Of a stretch of 64,000 bases of DNA, positions 13,987 through 28,084 are shown piece by piece. Position numbers and translations under genes: made by a program. Source of the DNA: the human T2T-CHM13v2.0 reference genome, Homo sapiens; assembly GCF_009914755.1 (NCBI RefSeq), contig NC_060931.1; one strand, written 5' to 3'. The notes under the pieces were generated by a model that ran no database searches, was not told the origin of the DNA, and saw nothing but the letters and a program-made list of their open reading frames with translations. Positions within the stretch are counted from its first letter, which is position 1. The number at the start of each line of letters is the position of its first letter.

Positions 13987-15234
13987 AGAGAGTAATTGCA
14001 ATGTTAAGTAGGGCTAAAAAGTAAATTGATGATTGAACAGTTTCAAATATTTTTCTTCTCATTGATACCCTTAATGACAGCTGTTTCCAATTTTATATTG
14101 CATATAACGAACTTTGAGAACTTCTGCATTAATAAAACTCACATAAGAGTTTAACTAAGTGTTTTTTAATTTATGTGATTACTGAATTATTATTTAAATA
14201 TTGCACATTAATATCCAAGTAAATTAGCAGTCTGTGGAATGCATTTTTGGAAATTACTGCTCTATGACATTGAAAAGTTTAATTACTTTGTCAGTCACTA
14301 ACAGTTACTGTCTTAAGATTTCCGTTCTCTAGTGGACATGTTGGGTTTATTTTTTAACAATTTAATTAAAAATGCTATCAAAAGGATAGCATATATAATT
14401 ATCACTCTTATGAAAAATGGTTTACAGTAGAATCATAAAGAAATAAAATTCTTAATATGCATGAGCTTGAAATTTCTTCAGGCTGAACTAGCAATCTTAA
14501 TCCTTTGAATAACCTACATTTTTAATTTGATGTGAAACCATCTCAAGCTGTGTAATAAGACAAATGAGGCTACTACAATTGTGCAAAGCAATAATCAACA
14601 TTTCTTTTTTTTGCTGTAAACTGTTTTAAGTCCATGCACAAGGTGAATTAAGGCGACATTTTTGTTTGTTTTAGAAAGAAGGGTGGCACGTATTCATACT
14701 GCTTTACTAAAAAGAAAATAAAAGTTGGCATTCTAAATATATACAATATCTGGGAAATTTCAAAATCATTAGTTATTTTCAAACAAATATAGAGTCCTGA
14801 GAATCACTCATTGAAATGATTTTAGGACAAAAGTAACTTATCTGCCTATCATTTGGATATAAACAGACTTATTTACATTAAACACATATCTCCAACCAAT
14901 AGATTCTATTAATCAAAATAGCAGGTCTTTCTTTGAAACAATTATGATCCATGACAGTACATATAAAAATCTGTTAGCATAATGCACCTTGAAGCTGGAA
15001 ATGAGCTCAGGTTTATCCCAGTGATGTGGAATGTCAAAAAAACTGATGATTGTCATAAGAATGAATTATAGTGTCTTTTTGCTAAAATATACAAACCAAA
15101 TCAAAAGTGCCATTTTAAATTATATAGTGGAGTGTTTCAGAAAATGACAACAAAACTACTTTAAAAAAATGGCTTTTAGCACCGCTTACCAAGAGAATGG
15201 GTTGAAGTACAGACAATCAACACATGGCCATTCT

Positions 15235-15700
15235 GCATTTATTCATTAATTCATCCAGACATCTATTGAATTGATTACTCATCTATTAATTGATTTTTTC
15301 AACATATTCTTACTGAGTGTAAAGTGATCTCAACACTGGTGCTACATATATAGTTAATCCACAACCTTACCTTCGAGGAGCTCCACCATCTGGTGAAAAG
15401 ATGAGAATATTCATGCTACTAAGTGTTCTTACCCTGGGAGATACAAGAGAGCACAATGGTCTAGATCAGGGTAGGCTTCTTCCAGTGGTGAAACCTGAGC
15501 TCAATCTGACTAGGTTGACTAGAAGTCAGTCAGATGAAAAAAAGTGGCTTTACAGCCATTCATGGCCATTTGCAAAGACACAGAAGGGAGAAACAGCTAG
15601 ATAGGTAGAGGGAATGACAACCAACGAATTGTTATTGAAGGAATGAAGCATCAAAACATGAGAGAAGGAGTAGACAGTAATTAATAAAAGGTGAATTTAA
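15235..15700 (-). mobile_element. L2 fragment (3' end)
   Basis: catttattcattaattcatcc...aacatattcttactgagt...ccttcgaggagctcc...gtggtgaaacctgagctc. Confidence 0.6.
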
Positions 15701-16771
15701 GTTTGAAGTTTTAGAAATAGTTGAAAATTTATATCAGACTCCCAAAGAAAAAAATATAAAATGTAGCAGAAAAGTTTTGGGGAAAAAAATCTTATGAACA
15801 TAGCCCTAGAGCATTCAAATCATATCTTATATCTAAATATGTATATAAGTGTGCTAGTCTTTTTCATTAGATTCAATGATGTTTTAAGAAAAAGTTGGAA
15901 AAATAAATGAACAAAACTAAATTGCATGAGCAAAAATGAGAGTTTAGCTTGTGTGGCCAAGAAAAAGTCTAGATAATCCAACTTTGAAGGAGGCAAGTCA
16001 CATCACTCTTGACAGAATGTCTCCAATATTCTAGTGTTGGTAGAAAACAACATAAGTAATGTTGTCTCAGTCACCTTCAAAATGATAAAAATAATGTTAA
16101 TCTGCAGAGTATTAGGGTGTTGTAGTTTTAAATTTCATTTATTTACGTGGATATTCCTTTTTGTATTGTTCCTTTTGGAAACCACATGCATGGAAACAAA
16201 AGTTACGCTACATTATTCAGAGATTTCTAACACTTAAACCACTGTTAGGTTATATTAATTTGCAACTACCCATCAGTTGTTGTGATTTGGACTAAGTAAT
16301 TCAGTTTATTTAATCTTTAACCAATGTATTTAGGGTATTAATTAATTAATTAAAATAAGTTATCAAGTATCCTGCAGTTTCCTGGAAGTCAGTAAGTTTC
16401 TCAACATAACTTGTATGGATAAGGAGAAATTAATCAACTAAATAGCTCCACTACACAAATTTGTGGGTTATACCTAAATATCCAGTAATTCCTTCACTCC
16501 TTTTTTTTTTTTTGCTGATTATTTTTGAAAGGGTTAAATCTTTGTAAGTAAAAGGAGAGTCTTACTAGTAAATCTGTGTTTTTAAATTTTCTATATTATC
16601 ACAAATTGTCTCTTTTAAATGTGGATACAAAATTTGTTTTAAGGGTGATAATGACTTTTATATAGGATAGTCTAAAAATCAACATATTGCAAGAGCACTT
16701 GTAATAATCAAATTTTCGACTTAGAGAAATATAAATTAACATCTTAATGAAACATCTAAATAGCATTAAAC

Positions 16772-17075
16772 AGCCTTGGTGTGATGGCTTACACCTGTAA
16801 TCTCAGCATTCTGGGAAGCTGAGGCAGGAGGATCACTTGAGGTTAGAAATTTGAGCCTGGGCAACATAGTGGGACCCCAGCTCACAAAAATTAAAAAAAA
16901 AAAAAAAAGTCAGCCATGGTGGCAGGCAACTTTAGTCCCAGCTGCTTGGGAGGCTTAGGTGAGAGGATTGTGCCTAGAAGTTCAAGGCTGCAGTGAGCCA
17001 TGGTTGCACCATTGCACTCCAACATGGGTGACAGAGTTGAGACCTCTCACATAAATAAAATAAAATAAAAATAAA
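16772..17075 (+). mobile_element. AluJ-type SINE
   Basis: Dimeric Alu with J features (ggaggatcacttgagg, ttcaaggctgcagtgagcc); TSD aaatagcattaaa / aaataccattaaa. Confidence 0.92.
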
Positions 17076-18224
17076 TACCATTAAATGAACAAATATAATT
17101 TGAAAACAGAAGGTACTGAATTTTTTTAAAAACTGGTATAAACAGTTTATCAAATTTATTTTCTGAAAACGTAAGATGTAGAATGTTTTTAAGAAAAAGA
17201 GACCTTCTTTTCCCTATATGCCACAAAGAGCCTATCTAGTAGCCTATGTAGTAGCCTATCAACTATAGGTAGAGTCTAACTCCCTAAATTTCTAACCGTT
17301 TGATTTACTATAGAATTTGAAATATTAGATATCTAGAAAGTTTAGAAATTAAGAGCAAGATTGTGATATTAATAACATCACATTCAGGATTTACTGGTTT
17401 GCTGTCGAGCCGATAGTGCACATGCCCTCTTGCCATGAGTTCGTCAAACATAAATGGATTTTCATGTTAAGTATATACAAGTTTCTGATTTCAAATATGC
17501 AGTATTTATCTATATTAAATACTGATATTTCTTATGATAGATAAATCACTTATTTTTAGCTCCTTCATTTACATTCTCTTCTTTCAGATAAGGAGTAAAT
17601 AACTTCAATTAGTTGCATAATTCACAAAATGTGCTAAATGAAGTGATATTTTTTCCAGTGAAATTAAATCACTAAAAATTTGTAGACTTAAAAGGTGCAT
17701 TTTACCCACGTAAAATAAACAGGATGTCCAAAATATATGGTTAGCATATTAATATGTTATAGCTAATTATTTACAATGCATGCTAAGTAGTGAGATAGTC
17801 ATATGAGTGATTTTTCTCTTCAACAATTATTAGTTATTTAAAGAAAAGTGAGAAAAAGCTACATTAATCTTCAGAGCAGTTTCAACTCTCATCCATGGAA
17901 CTAAATAAAAAATTTTAGAGTGCTGACTAGATGTCACACTGGCTGTAAATGAACATTTACAATTTTGAAAATGATAAATCCTCCCTCCAAAAAAAAGTTC
18001 AAAAGTTGCATGTTTAAATCACTTAAAAATAAAACAGAAACAACCAAGTCTAGCTGCAGGCCGATTAGCCTCACTCTTGCCTGGAAGAACAGACCAGCTG
18101 AGTGCACTGCCCTCAGGGGAGTTGAGTCCCACTAGGCAGACAAACCACATGAACTCCTATCGCCTAAGTTATGAGGCATTTGCAGGAATTGCCAAAGTTG
18201 ACTATAGCTAAAAAAAAACAAAAA

Positions 18225-20995
18225 CAAAAAAACAAAAAAATGAGACATTACAACTGATACCACAAAAATACAAAGTATAGTTAGAGAATATTGTGAACAA
18301 CTATATATCAAAAAATTGGAAAACATAGAGGAAATGGATAAATTCTGAACACACACAACCTACCAAGAGTGAACCAGGAAGACATAGTAAAACTGTACAG
18401 TCTAATAACAAATAATTAAATAGAATCAGTAATAAAAAAAGTCTTCCAACAGTGAAATGCCTAGGACCAGATGACTTTACTGCTGAATTCCACCAATATT
18501 TAAAAGAAGAACTAACAGCAATTCTTCTAAAATTATTCCAAAAAATGGAAGGGGAATGAATTCTTCCACACTCAATCTATGAAGCTAGCATTGCCTGGAT
18601 ACCAAAACTAAACAAATACAGAACGACAACAACAAAACTATGTGCCAATATTACTGATGGGCATACATGCAAAAACTCTCAATAAAATACTAGTAAACTG
18701 AATCCAACAACATATCAAAAATATTTTATACCCATGATGCAAAAGTGGTCCAACATATGCAAATCAATAAATAAGATACATCACCACATCAGAATAATGA
18801 AGGACATAAATCATATGATCTTCTCAATAAACTCAGAACAAGCATTTGATAAAATCCAACATCCTGTCATAATAAAAATTCTCAATAAATAGATATAAAA
18901 GTAACATATCTAAACACAATAAAGGCCATATATGACAAACCCACAGCAAACATCATACTGAACAAGGAAAAGTTGAAGGCTTTCTCTCTTAGAACTGACC
19001 ACAAGACAAGGATGTTTACTTCTACCACTCTTAGCCAAGATAGTACTGGAAGTCCTAGCCAGAGCAATTAAGTGGGAGAAAGAAATTAAAAGCATCTGAA
19101 TTGGAAAGGCAGGAAGTCAAATTGTCTGTTTACAGGCAGCATGATCTTACATATAGGAAAACCTAAACATTCCACTAAAAAACTTTTAGCACTGATAAAT
19201 GAATTCAGTAAAGTTTAAGGATGGAAAATCAACATTAAAAAGCACTAGCATTTCTATACAGCAAAATCAAACTAGCTGAAAATGAAGAAAGCAATTTCAT
19301 TTATATTAGCTACAAAAAATTTTTAAATAAAAGACCTAGAAATAACTTTAACCAAGGAGGTGAAAGGTCTCTACAATGCAACCTATAAACACTGATGAAA
19401 GAAATCAAAGAGGATGCACAAAAATGGAAAGACATCTCATGTTCATTGATCAGAAGAATAAATATTGTTAAAAAGACCATACAACAAAAGTGATCTACAG
19501 ATTCAATGCAAAACCTAACAAAATACCAATAACAATGTTCATAGTAATAGAAAAAAATCCTAAAATTTATATGCTGTCACAAAAGACCCTAAATAGTCAA
19601 AGTAATACTGAGCAAAAAACAAGGCTGGGGCATCACATTACCTGTCTTTAAAATATATGATAAAGTTATAGTAACCTAAACAGTATGGTAATGGAATAAA
19701 GGCAGGCATATAGACCAAGTAAGCCAAATAAAATACCCAGAAATAAATTCACACATTTAAAGACAACAGATTTTTGACAAATGCACCAAAATCATACTTT
19801 GGGGACAGCACACCCTTTTCAATAAGTGGTGTTGGAAAAACTGGGTATCCATATGCAGAAGAATGAAACTGGACCCCTATTTGCCACTACACAAAAATCA
19901 AATAAAAGTGAATTAAAGACTTAAATATAAGACCTAAAACTAAGAAACTACTAGAAGAAAACTTGGGGAGACACTCCAGGACATTGGTCTAGACAATGAT
20001 TTCTTGAGAAAGACTTCAAAAGCACAGGCAACCAAAACAAAAATGGACAAGTCAGATCACATGAGCTAGAAAGATTCTGCACAACAAAGGAAACAATCAA
20101 CAGAGAAAAGAGACAACTTGAAGAATGGGAGAAAATTTTTACACACTATTCATCCAATAACAGATTATTATCCCTATTTGAGGAACTCAAACAATAGCAA
20201 AAAATAAAAAATAATCGGATTAGAAAATGTGCAAAGGACCTGAAAGACATTTCTCAAAAGAAGACATACAGATGACCAACAAATATATGGGAAAATGCTT
20301 AACGTCACTAAACATTAGGAAAATTCAAATTAAAACCACAATGAGATATCATCTCACCTCAGTTAGAATGGCTATTATCAAAAAGACAAAAAATAACAAA
20401 TGCTTATGGGGATGGGAATAAAAAGGAACTCATACACCATCTTGGAAATGTAAATTAGGACAGCCATGAAAAACAGTATGGACATTTCTTAAAGAGTTAA
20501 AAATAGAACTAGCATATGATCCAGAAATCTCACTACTGTATGTGTGTATATATATATATATATGTATCCCCATATATATGTGTGTGTGTGTGTATATATA
20601 TATCTATATATAATTCTATTTTTCTTTGAATATATATTTCTTATTTGTATATATATTTTTTTCAAAGAAAAGGAAATCAGTATGGTGAAGAGATATCTGC
20701 ACTCCCATGTTTATTGTAGCACTGTTCACAAAAGCCAAGATATGGAATCACCTAATTGTCCATAAACAAATAGATAAGGAAAATGTGGTATGTATCTATA
20801 TGTATATGTGTGTGTGTGTGTATATATATGTGTGTGTGTGTGTATCACATATATATATATACAATGTGATACTATTCAACTGTAAAAAGAATGAAATCCT
20901 GTCATCCTGTCATTCTGCAGCAACATGGATAAACCTGGAGGACGTTAAGTTAAGTAAGTTAGGCACCAGGCACAGAAAGATGAATACCACATGTA
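18225..20995 (+). mobile_element. L1MA-type element, degraded ORF2, lacking the distal 3' end; (TA)/(TG) microsatellites inside
   Basis: gagacattacaactgataccac...; ORF2 remnant [47 protein letters not shown] (20227..20421). Confidence 0.92.
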
Positions 20996-21164
20996 TATTA
21001 TTGTCCGAAAAATCACCTGACTTGATTCATTATACATTGAAGACTTACAAGACGTATCTTCTCTCTCTCTCCATTATTTCAAATAACTGTGAGTTCATCC
21101 AATGCTCAAGTGCTTTCATACTAATTTTCTTCCCTAGTCAACAAACTAATTAAACTAAAAATTG

Positions 21165-21275
21165 CTATGAGAAAACAGAGGCACTAAGTTTCAACTGACT
21201 TGTTCAGCGTCAGAACACTTGTCAGTGACTAAGCTGGAAGGTGTATTCCTGTGGCACCAAAACCCAGACTTCTTC
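21165..21275 (-). mobile_element. MIR fragment
   Basis: gaaaacagaggcactaag...tgacttgttcagcgtcaga... Confidence 0.55.
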
Positions 21276-21592
21276 ATCTGGCCTCTTTGCCTCTCATTTC
21301 ACTCGGGTATTTTAACATGCCTGCTTGAGAACCTCTATTAACTTGATTCATTAAATTAAAAGTCAGATAACTAGGATTTTGTAACACTGGAGATATACAA
21401 TTTAAATACAATTTTTGTAAATTAAGGGGTTTTATTAGGAGTTTTAAAACTACAAAGTAATTGCAGTTTTGCATTACTTTAATTATTACTTTAATGCTGA
21501 CAAGGCAACATCAACAATGTCGCATCAAGTATTTTGCCATTATGAAGGTGTTTTTTAAATTTTTTTCTCTAGGTGGCACACCAAAATACTAA

Positions 21593-21632
21593 TATTAGGT
21601 CGGTGCAAAAGTAATTGCGAGCACCAGCATTA
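21593..21632. mobile_element. MADE1 (Hsmar1 MITE) remnant, internally deleted
   Basis: tattaggtcggtgcaaaagtaattgcg matches the Hsmar1/MADE1 TIR; followed by a gcaccagcatta remnant of the opposite end. Confidence 0.8.
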
Positions 21633-23443
21633 CAAGAATTTTTAAAAAGATATAATATCTTGGACTACAAATATGTTCGTGCTAATTAAAGTGTACATAT
21701 AAACTAAGCAAAATTGTTATTGTAGTCTATTTGTAATACTGTTCATTTTGTGAACAACTTTGCATCTTTGTTTTGTTTGAAACTATCAGCATGAGTACAC
21801 ATTATCCTATACATTATTGTGCCAAGGAAGAATTTGAGAAATGCTGTTTTAATTCCAAAAAGGGAAATTAGGGAAAATTTGCAGATCCTTGGAGGAGTTT
21901 TCAAAAAATATGAAATATTAATGTCCTTTACTGAACTTCATAACTACTATCTTATATAAATTATAGTCTTATTTCTGATAACAATAATAATTATGTATGG
22001 AGACCTACTTTTATTCAATTTGAATTATAAATGTTTTCATTGATAATTTACTACAAATACAGCAATATTTGTAGGGTTTAATATATTGAAATTTGTAATT
22101 AAGCATATTAAATAAAGAGATTAGAAAACCATTTCAATTGTAAAGGATAAATTTTATGATGGCATTTATACATATGCTTGATACTCATAGTTCTATTTAT
22201 TTCATGTATTTTTTATTTGTCTTCTTTTCTGTCTGGTTTATTATTTAATTAGTTTAATGAGACCTTATTATTTTCAAACATGGAATTATTACTTATTCCT
22301 CTTTTTAAATCATTTTAGTGATTTCTCTAGCATTTAAAACATACACATTAGATGATTCATAATCAACTTTCAAATAATTGTATACCCACTCAATTGTAGT
22401 ATAAAGATCTTGCTACGGTATACCAAGAATTTCACCTATCCATTTTTTTTGTGCTATTGTCATATATTTTACTTTGACTTATTTTACGAACTCAGAATAC
22501 TTTGCTACTCTTTTTGCTGTAGTCAGTCAATTATTTTCTAAGAGGTTTAAAATGAGAAAAATGTCTTTTATGATTTTTTTTTAATTTTAGCCATTTCTGG
22601 AAATCTTTTTATAGCATAGCCAATTTTTTTTTGCTTGTTATTGTATCTCTTCTACATGGAGAACTTTCTTTAACATTTCTTATATAGTATAGATCCGAAG
22701 TGAATTGGTAATAGCTTCACACAAGTTTGTGTTTCAGGGGAAAAAAAGTCTTTCTTTGGCTTTCATGTTTGAAAGATATTTTCGATATTTTCATGGAGTA
22801 GATTTTCTAGGTTGATTTGTTTTTTCTTTAAGCACTTTAAAGACATCACCTCAATGTCTTCTGCCTTATTGATTCTGTCAGGGTGTCTGCTGTAGTTTTT
22901 ATCCTTGTCCCTTTATGTGTATTATGTCCTTTTCTCTAACAACTTTCAATATTTTCTTTCTTTTTAAATTTAACATTAGTTTTCACTAATTAGACTATGG
23001 TTTTGTTATGTTTTGGAGGGCGTGTGTGTGTGAATATGCATGTGTGGGCATTTCAGTACTTATTCTGTTTGGGTCCTTTGAGATTCTTGGATCTCTGATT
23101 TAATGTCTTCTTATATTTAAAAATGCTTGATATATTTTCAAGTATTTCTTCTGCTTTATTATTTCTCTCTTATTTTTCTAAGATTACAACTGTACATATG
23201 ATAAACCATTTGATACTATTCCACAGCTCGTGTATGGCTTGCTCATTTTGCTTTTTACTCTCCTTTATTTTATTTTTTACTTTTGTGTTCCTATTAGATA
23301 ATTTCTACTGATTCATATTTAAGTTTAGCCTGTTGAAGACATTCTTTATGTCTGTCATGGTGCTTAAAATTTCTTACACTTCCCTCTTCCTTACAATTTC
23401 CATGCTCTTTTTTTAAATTTCCCTGTTTATTTTATGCATGGTG

Positions 23444-24000
23444 TGTATTAGTAAGCATTTTGCTCAAAACCATTCAACAAGTCTCTAGGAAAGTTCCAAA
23501 TTGTCCCACATCTTCCTGTCTTTTTCTGAGTCCTCCAAACTGTTCCAACCTCTGCCTATTACCCAGTTCCAAAGTCACTTCCACATTTTCAGGTTATCTT
23601 TATAGTAGTGCCCCACTTGGCCAGTACCAATTTTCTGTATTAGTCTGTTTTCACACTGCTATAAAGATACTGCCTGAGACTGGGTAATTTATAATAAAAG
23701 AAGTTTAATTGACTCAGGTCCACATGGCTGGGGAGGCCTCAGGAAACTTACAATTATGGCGGAAGGAGAAAGGGAAGCAAGAACCTTTTTCATAGGGCTG
23801 CAGGAGAGGGAGAGAGAACGAAGCAGGAAGTGACACTTCTAAACCATCAGATCCCATGAGAACTCATTCACTATCATGAGACCAGCATTGGTGAAACTGC
23901 CGCCATGATCCAATCACCTCCCACCAGGTCCCTCCCTTGACACATGAGGATTACAATTGAAGATGAGATTTGGGTGGAGACACAGAGCAGAACCATAACA
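23444..24000 (-). mobile_element. THE1D/MSTA-type MaLR: full LTR (23636-24000), ~180 bp internal sequence and a 9-bp stub of the second LTR
   Basis: LTR tgtattagtc...cagaaccataaca; internal cattcaacaagtctctagg...gtaccaattttc; TSD tggtg at 23439-23443 and 24001-24005. Confidence 0.9.
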
Positions 24001-24339
24001 TGGTGTCTACCTTTATCTCTAGAAACGTTAACACATTAATCATAGTTATTTTCAACTTCCTATTTGATAATTTCGACATCTGTATCATCTCTGAGTCTGG
24101 AGGTGTGAATTGGATTGTCCCTTGACAATGCAAACTGTGATATGCTTTTTGGGCATATAATTTTTTTAATTGATGTTATAATATGTGGAATAGTAAAAAC
24201 TGAGGTAAATATTATTTATGCTTGGAAATAGAAACACTTCTACTAGAATATCAGTGTAAGTGGTTGTGTCAATTTATTTAGCAGTTAAGCTGAGTTTGAG
24301 GGTTCTTTATTTGTTTTTGCTTTTACTACAGTTAACATT

Positions 24340-24885
24340 AATAGATTTTTAAAATGTGGTATATATACACAATGGAATACCACTCAGCCTTATAAAACAA
24401 GAGAATCCTCTTATTTGCAACAACATAAATGAACTTGGAGAACATTAAAGTAAAAACAAAATTAGCCAAGCACAAAAAAAAAAAAACAAAAATAATCAAA
24501 ACCACATGATCTCATTGATATGTGGAATCTAAAAATGTTGAACTCATAGAAGCAGAGAGTAGAATGGGGCTTACCAGAGGTTAGGGGTTTAGGGGGATTG
24601 TGGAGGTCTTGGTCAAAGAATACAAAATTTCATTTAGACCAGAAGAGTAAGTCCAAGAGGTCCATTGCGCATCACGGTGACTATGGTCAATAACAATATA
24701 TCATATACTCAGAAATTGTTAAAAGTAGATTTTAAATGTTTTCACCAAAAGATGATAAGCATGTGAGGTAATATATATGTTAACTAGCTTAATTTAGCCA
24801 TTCTGCAATGTACACAAATATCAAAACATCATACTGTATGCCATAAATACATACAATTTCTCTTTGTCAATTAAAACAATAAAAG
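24340..24885 (+). mobile_element. L1MA (MA8-10-type) 3' end
   Basis: aaaatgtggtatatatacacaatggaatac...agaagcagagagtagaatg...ctttgtcaattaaaacaataaaa. Confidence 0.85.
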
Positions 24886-26087
24886 ATTCTGTAAAACTAG
24901 AGCAACAACAGTACACTAATAAATCACTGACTTCAAATTCTCCTAGTATCATTTTTGTGTTCATTGCAAGTAGATTCGAAAGAGGATTTTCCTCAATGTT
25001 CTTTCCGCATTTCTCTCTGTGTTCTTTCCCTCTTCCAGATATGGATTGTTGCTGCTTGTTATGAGATGCTTGTTATCCTAGGGTGGGTGGAGGGCACAGG
25101 CAAGTTTCTCTGTCGTACTTACTTAGTCTCCGTATTATGTAAGCCTTACGCCCCTCAGTCTAAGGAGTGAGGTTTTGTCAATGACCCAAGCCCCTTCCTC
25201 AACTGAGACTTGTAATTGTCTGGGCCCAGGAAACAGGGGGTTTTATTCGTTTTATTTTTTCTGGTCACATTGGGTCTTCATTTCTGACCAGGGGTGGGCA
25301 GATTTTGCTATACCTCCTTCAGCAAGTTAAAATTTTTGTACCTTGGAGTGGGTGAGACTTGGTTAGGCTTCATGTATTTCTTACAGCAGTAGTTATTCCT
25401 CTCTTCCAGTTGTATAGCACCAAGTTTGGCATTCTCCCGCCCTGCTCACAGTCTTTCTCACGAACATCTGGTGGTAATCTATGAAAAAGACCTTGTGAGT
25501 GCGTGCAAACTCCTTTTCTATCTGCAGCTACCAAGTAGGACCACATTTAGCCTTTTGTGATTTATTTAAAATGCTAGCAAAATTCTTTCTACCTACTTCT
25601 GTTAAGATTCCATTTTAATCTATTCTCTACCAGGGGTAAGTCCAGGCTCCCATTCCTGTATCCTTGGTTGTACTTGTCTTTCCTTGAGTTTAAGCTAATC
25701 CATTATCCAGAATGCTCTGATCTCTGTTATGCTAGAAAATTTTATGGATTTTGTGAATATAATGTTTTCTCCTTTGGGGTTATTACATTTCCCATTTTTA
25801 TAACAAAGATGGAAAACAAGAGTCTCATGTATTTGATTTTCAGTGAAATTTGGGTAATTCATTTATTAGATAAATAGCTCAGTTAAGAAACATGCTTTTT
25901 CTTAAACTGACTCCTTTATTTTCTCTTTTACATTCTTCCATTATTAGTATTGCCACTAATCATCAGTGAAATGACTGAATGACTGTCAGACATGTAGGTA
26001 AAGATTAAACCTTATAGCCTAATAAAAATTTATAGTCAATAAAAATTTACTATTTAATTATAAATTATGGCACATAATAAGTACAGC

Positions 26088-26229
26088 GTTTTGTTTTGTT
26101 TTGTTTTGTTTTTGAGACAGGTTCTCGCTATGTTGTTCATGCTAAACTTGAACTCCTGGACTCAAGTGATCTTCCTGCCTCAGCCTCCCAAGTAACTGGA
26201 ACTATAGTCACATGCCACTAGGCCTTGCT
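26088..26229 (-). mobile_element. FLAM (Alu monomer) with (TTTTG)n tail
   Basis: gagacaggttctcgctatgttg...gaactcctggactcaagtgatcttcctgcctcagcctcccaagta. Confidence 0.85.
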
Positions 26230-26414
26230 AGTTTTTTAATGATATGAGAAATAAACAGTTAATTCACAGCAAAACTAATTAATACAGATAAAGAGTCCAA
26301 TCTTGGGTTATATGACCTCCTCTTTGCTGAACCCTGGGATGGAGGACAGAAGTTTGGGGAAGGAGACACAAGACCCACTAAGCTTCATGGTAGGAGACAG
26401 AGTTTGTGCCCTGG

Positions 26415-26548
26415 AAATACTTTTCAAACTTTAATGTGCATGAATATTGTACAGAGATCTCATTAAACATGCAGATTTGGATATAGAAGGCCTCTCCTGG
26501 GGCTCAGGAGAAACAGATGTTGTAGACCATATTTAGAGTAGCAAGATA
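26415..26548. mobile_element. MER5-type hAT-Charlie MITE
   Basis: ttcaaactttaatgtgcatgaa...gatctcattaaacatgcagatt...gaccatatttagagtagcaag. Confidence 0.6.
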
Positions 26549-27771
26549 CTAGAGATTACTTTATTTTGGATGAAAGAAATTATGTCTAATTATATTTTAT
26601 AGCAGATGAAATATACGGTTTGAGAGTACATAGCGAAAACTTCAGTATCTGCCTCTTTTTCTGTATTTGTATAAATACTGCTCTCTACTTTACAGGGTTA
26701 TTAGAGGAGAAAGGATTCTTAGTGCTTAAAACAGAGTCTGGCATGCAGTGGGTAAATAATTCATGTTAAATGGTACTAGGCAGAACATCTTGAATTGAAT
26801 ATTAATAATAATACATTGACTCAATCATTGTTTTAAGTTTATATCAACTAATTCAAAATATAAACTATTCATCATCACTATTTTAAGCATAGGGGAATTA
26901 CATGACTGAAAGATTAGGATTAGTTGATGCACTCAAACTCCCACAGGTAGTAATGGGAAAGACAAGGATTCTTCTAGCAAATCCAGGTAGTTTCACAAAA
27001 GGGCCAGAATCCGGTGCTAGTGCATAGTATTGAATTATCAAATCCAACAACTCAGAGATCATACCAGTATCAAGCATTACTAAATAAGTATCAAGGCTAA
27101 GGCAATCAAAGGCTCAGGTGAATTAAAGGGATGTCAAAGGCCTCTCCCAAGATCCTCCATTTTCTCCAGAAAAGTGCCCCTAGGAGAGATCCCCAAGAGC
27201 ACCTTATGACATGGAGAGCATTTAAATTATGAAAAATCTCCATTGTATGTCTTTAGAGAGTAGTGTCACCTACATGACATTCTCTAGAGAGCCATGTCTC
27301 ACAGTCATTGGGCTCTGTTGACTCTAGGTAATACTGAACCAGGGACATCTTAATAAGCACATTTCAGAGATATGATCTCTTTTTCCTGAAAAATATTAGT
27401 TTATTTGCTTGGGGATTGAATTGACTTGGAGATTACTTCAGGTCACCTTTTTTTTTGCTTTCTATATGCTTCTCTCCTTAACCAAGAAGTGAATGGATTA
27501 CAGGGCAGATGCTTTAATTTTCTTCCCAATCTTTAAGAACTAAGCAATTTGGAGCGCCTTTATTTTTCTACAAAGCCTCCACTGACAGGAAAGTTTGGAC
27601 AGGGAGTAGGTCATAGATTAGGTGAAAAAGGCACTACCAAAAGTCCAATCACTAGAGCAGAGAGCAAGGCACACAGTGCTGGCTCAAAGCCGGGAGGTAT
27701 CACACAGGAGAAAAGGGTCATCAGAAGGCAGCAACAAAATGATCATGTACAACAGTATTAAGAAACGGTAG

Positions 27772-28084
<313 letters not shown>

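Larger units (their letters stand above)
22300..25800 (-). mobile_element. Old L1 (L1MC/ME-type) 5'/ORF1 region, interrupted by the THE1/MST element and an L1MA 3' end
   Basis: T-rich antisense L1 motifs: ttgaaagatattttc, ttaagcactttaaagacatc, tgagattcttggatct, catctctgagtctgg. Confidence 0.65.

Noticed and set aside
16030-16240. Possible old DNA transposon (gtgttggtagaaa...ttctaacac inverted ends)
   Set aside because: Inverted ends are short and I cannot assign a family
20707-21153. Longest ORF in the track (148 aa)
   Set aside because: L1 3' region plus (TA/TG)n microsatellite read-through
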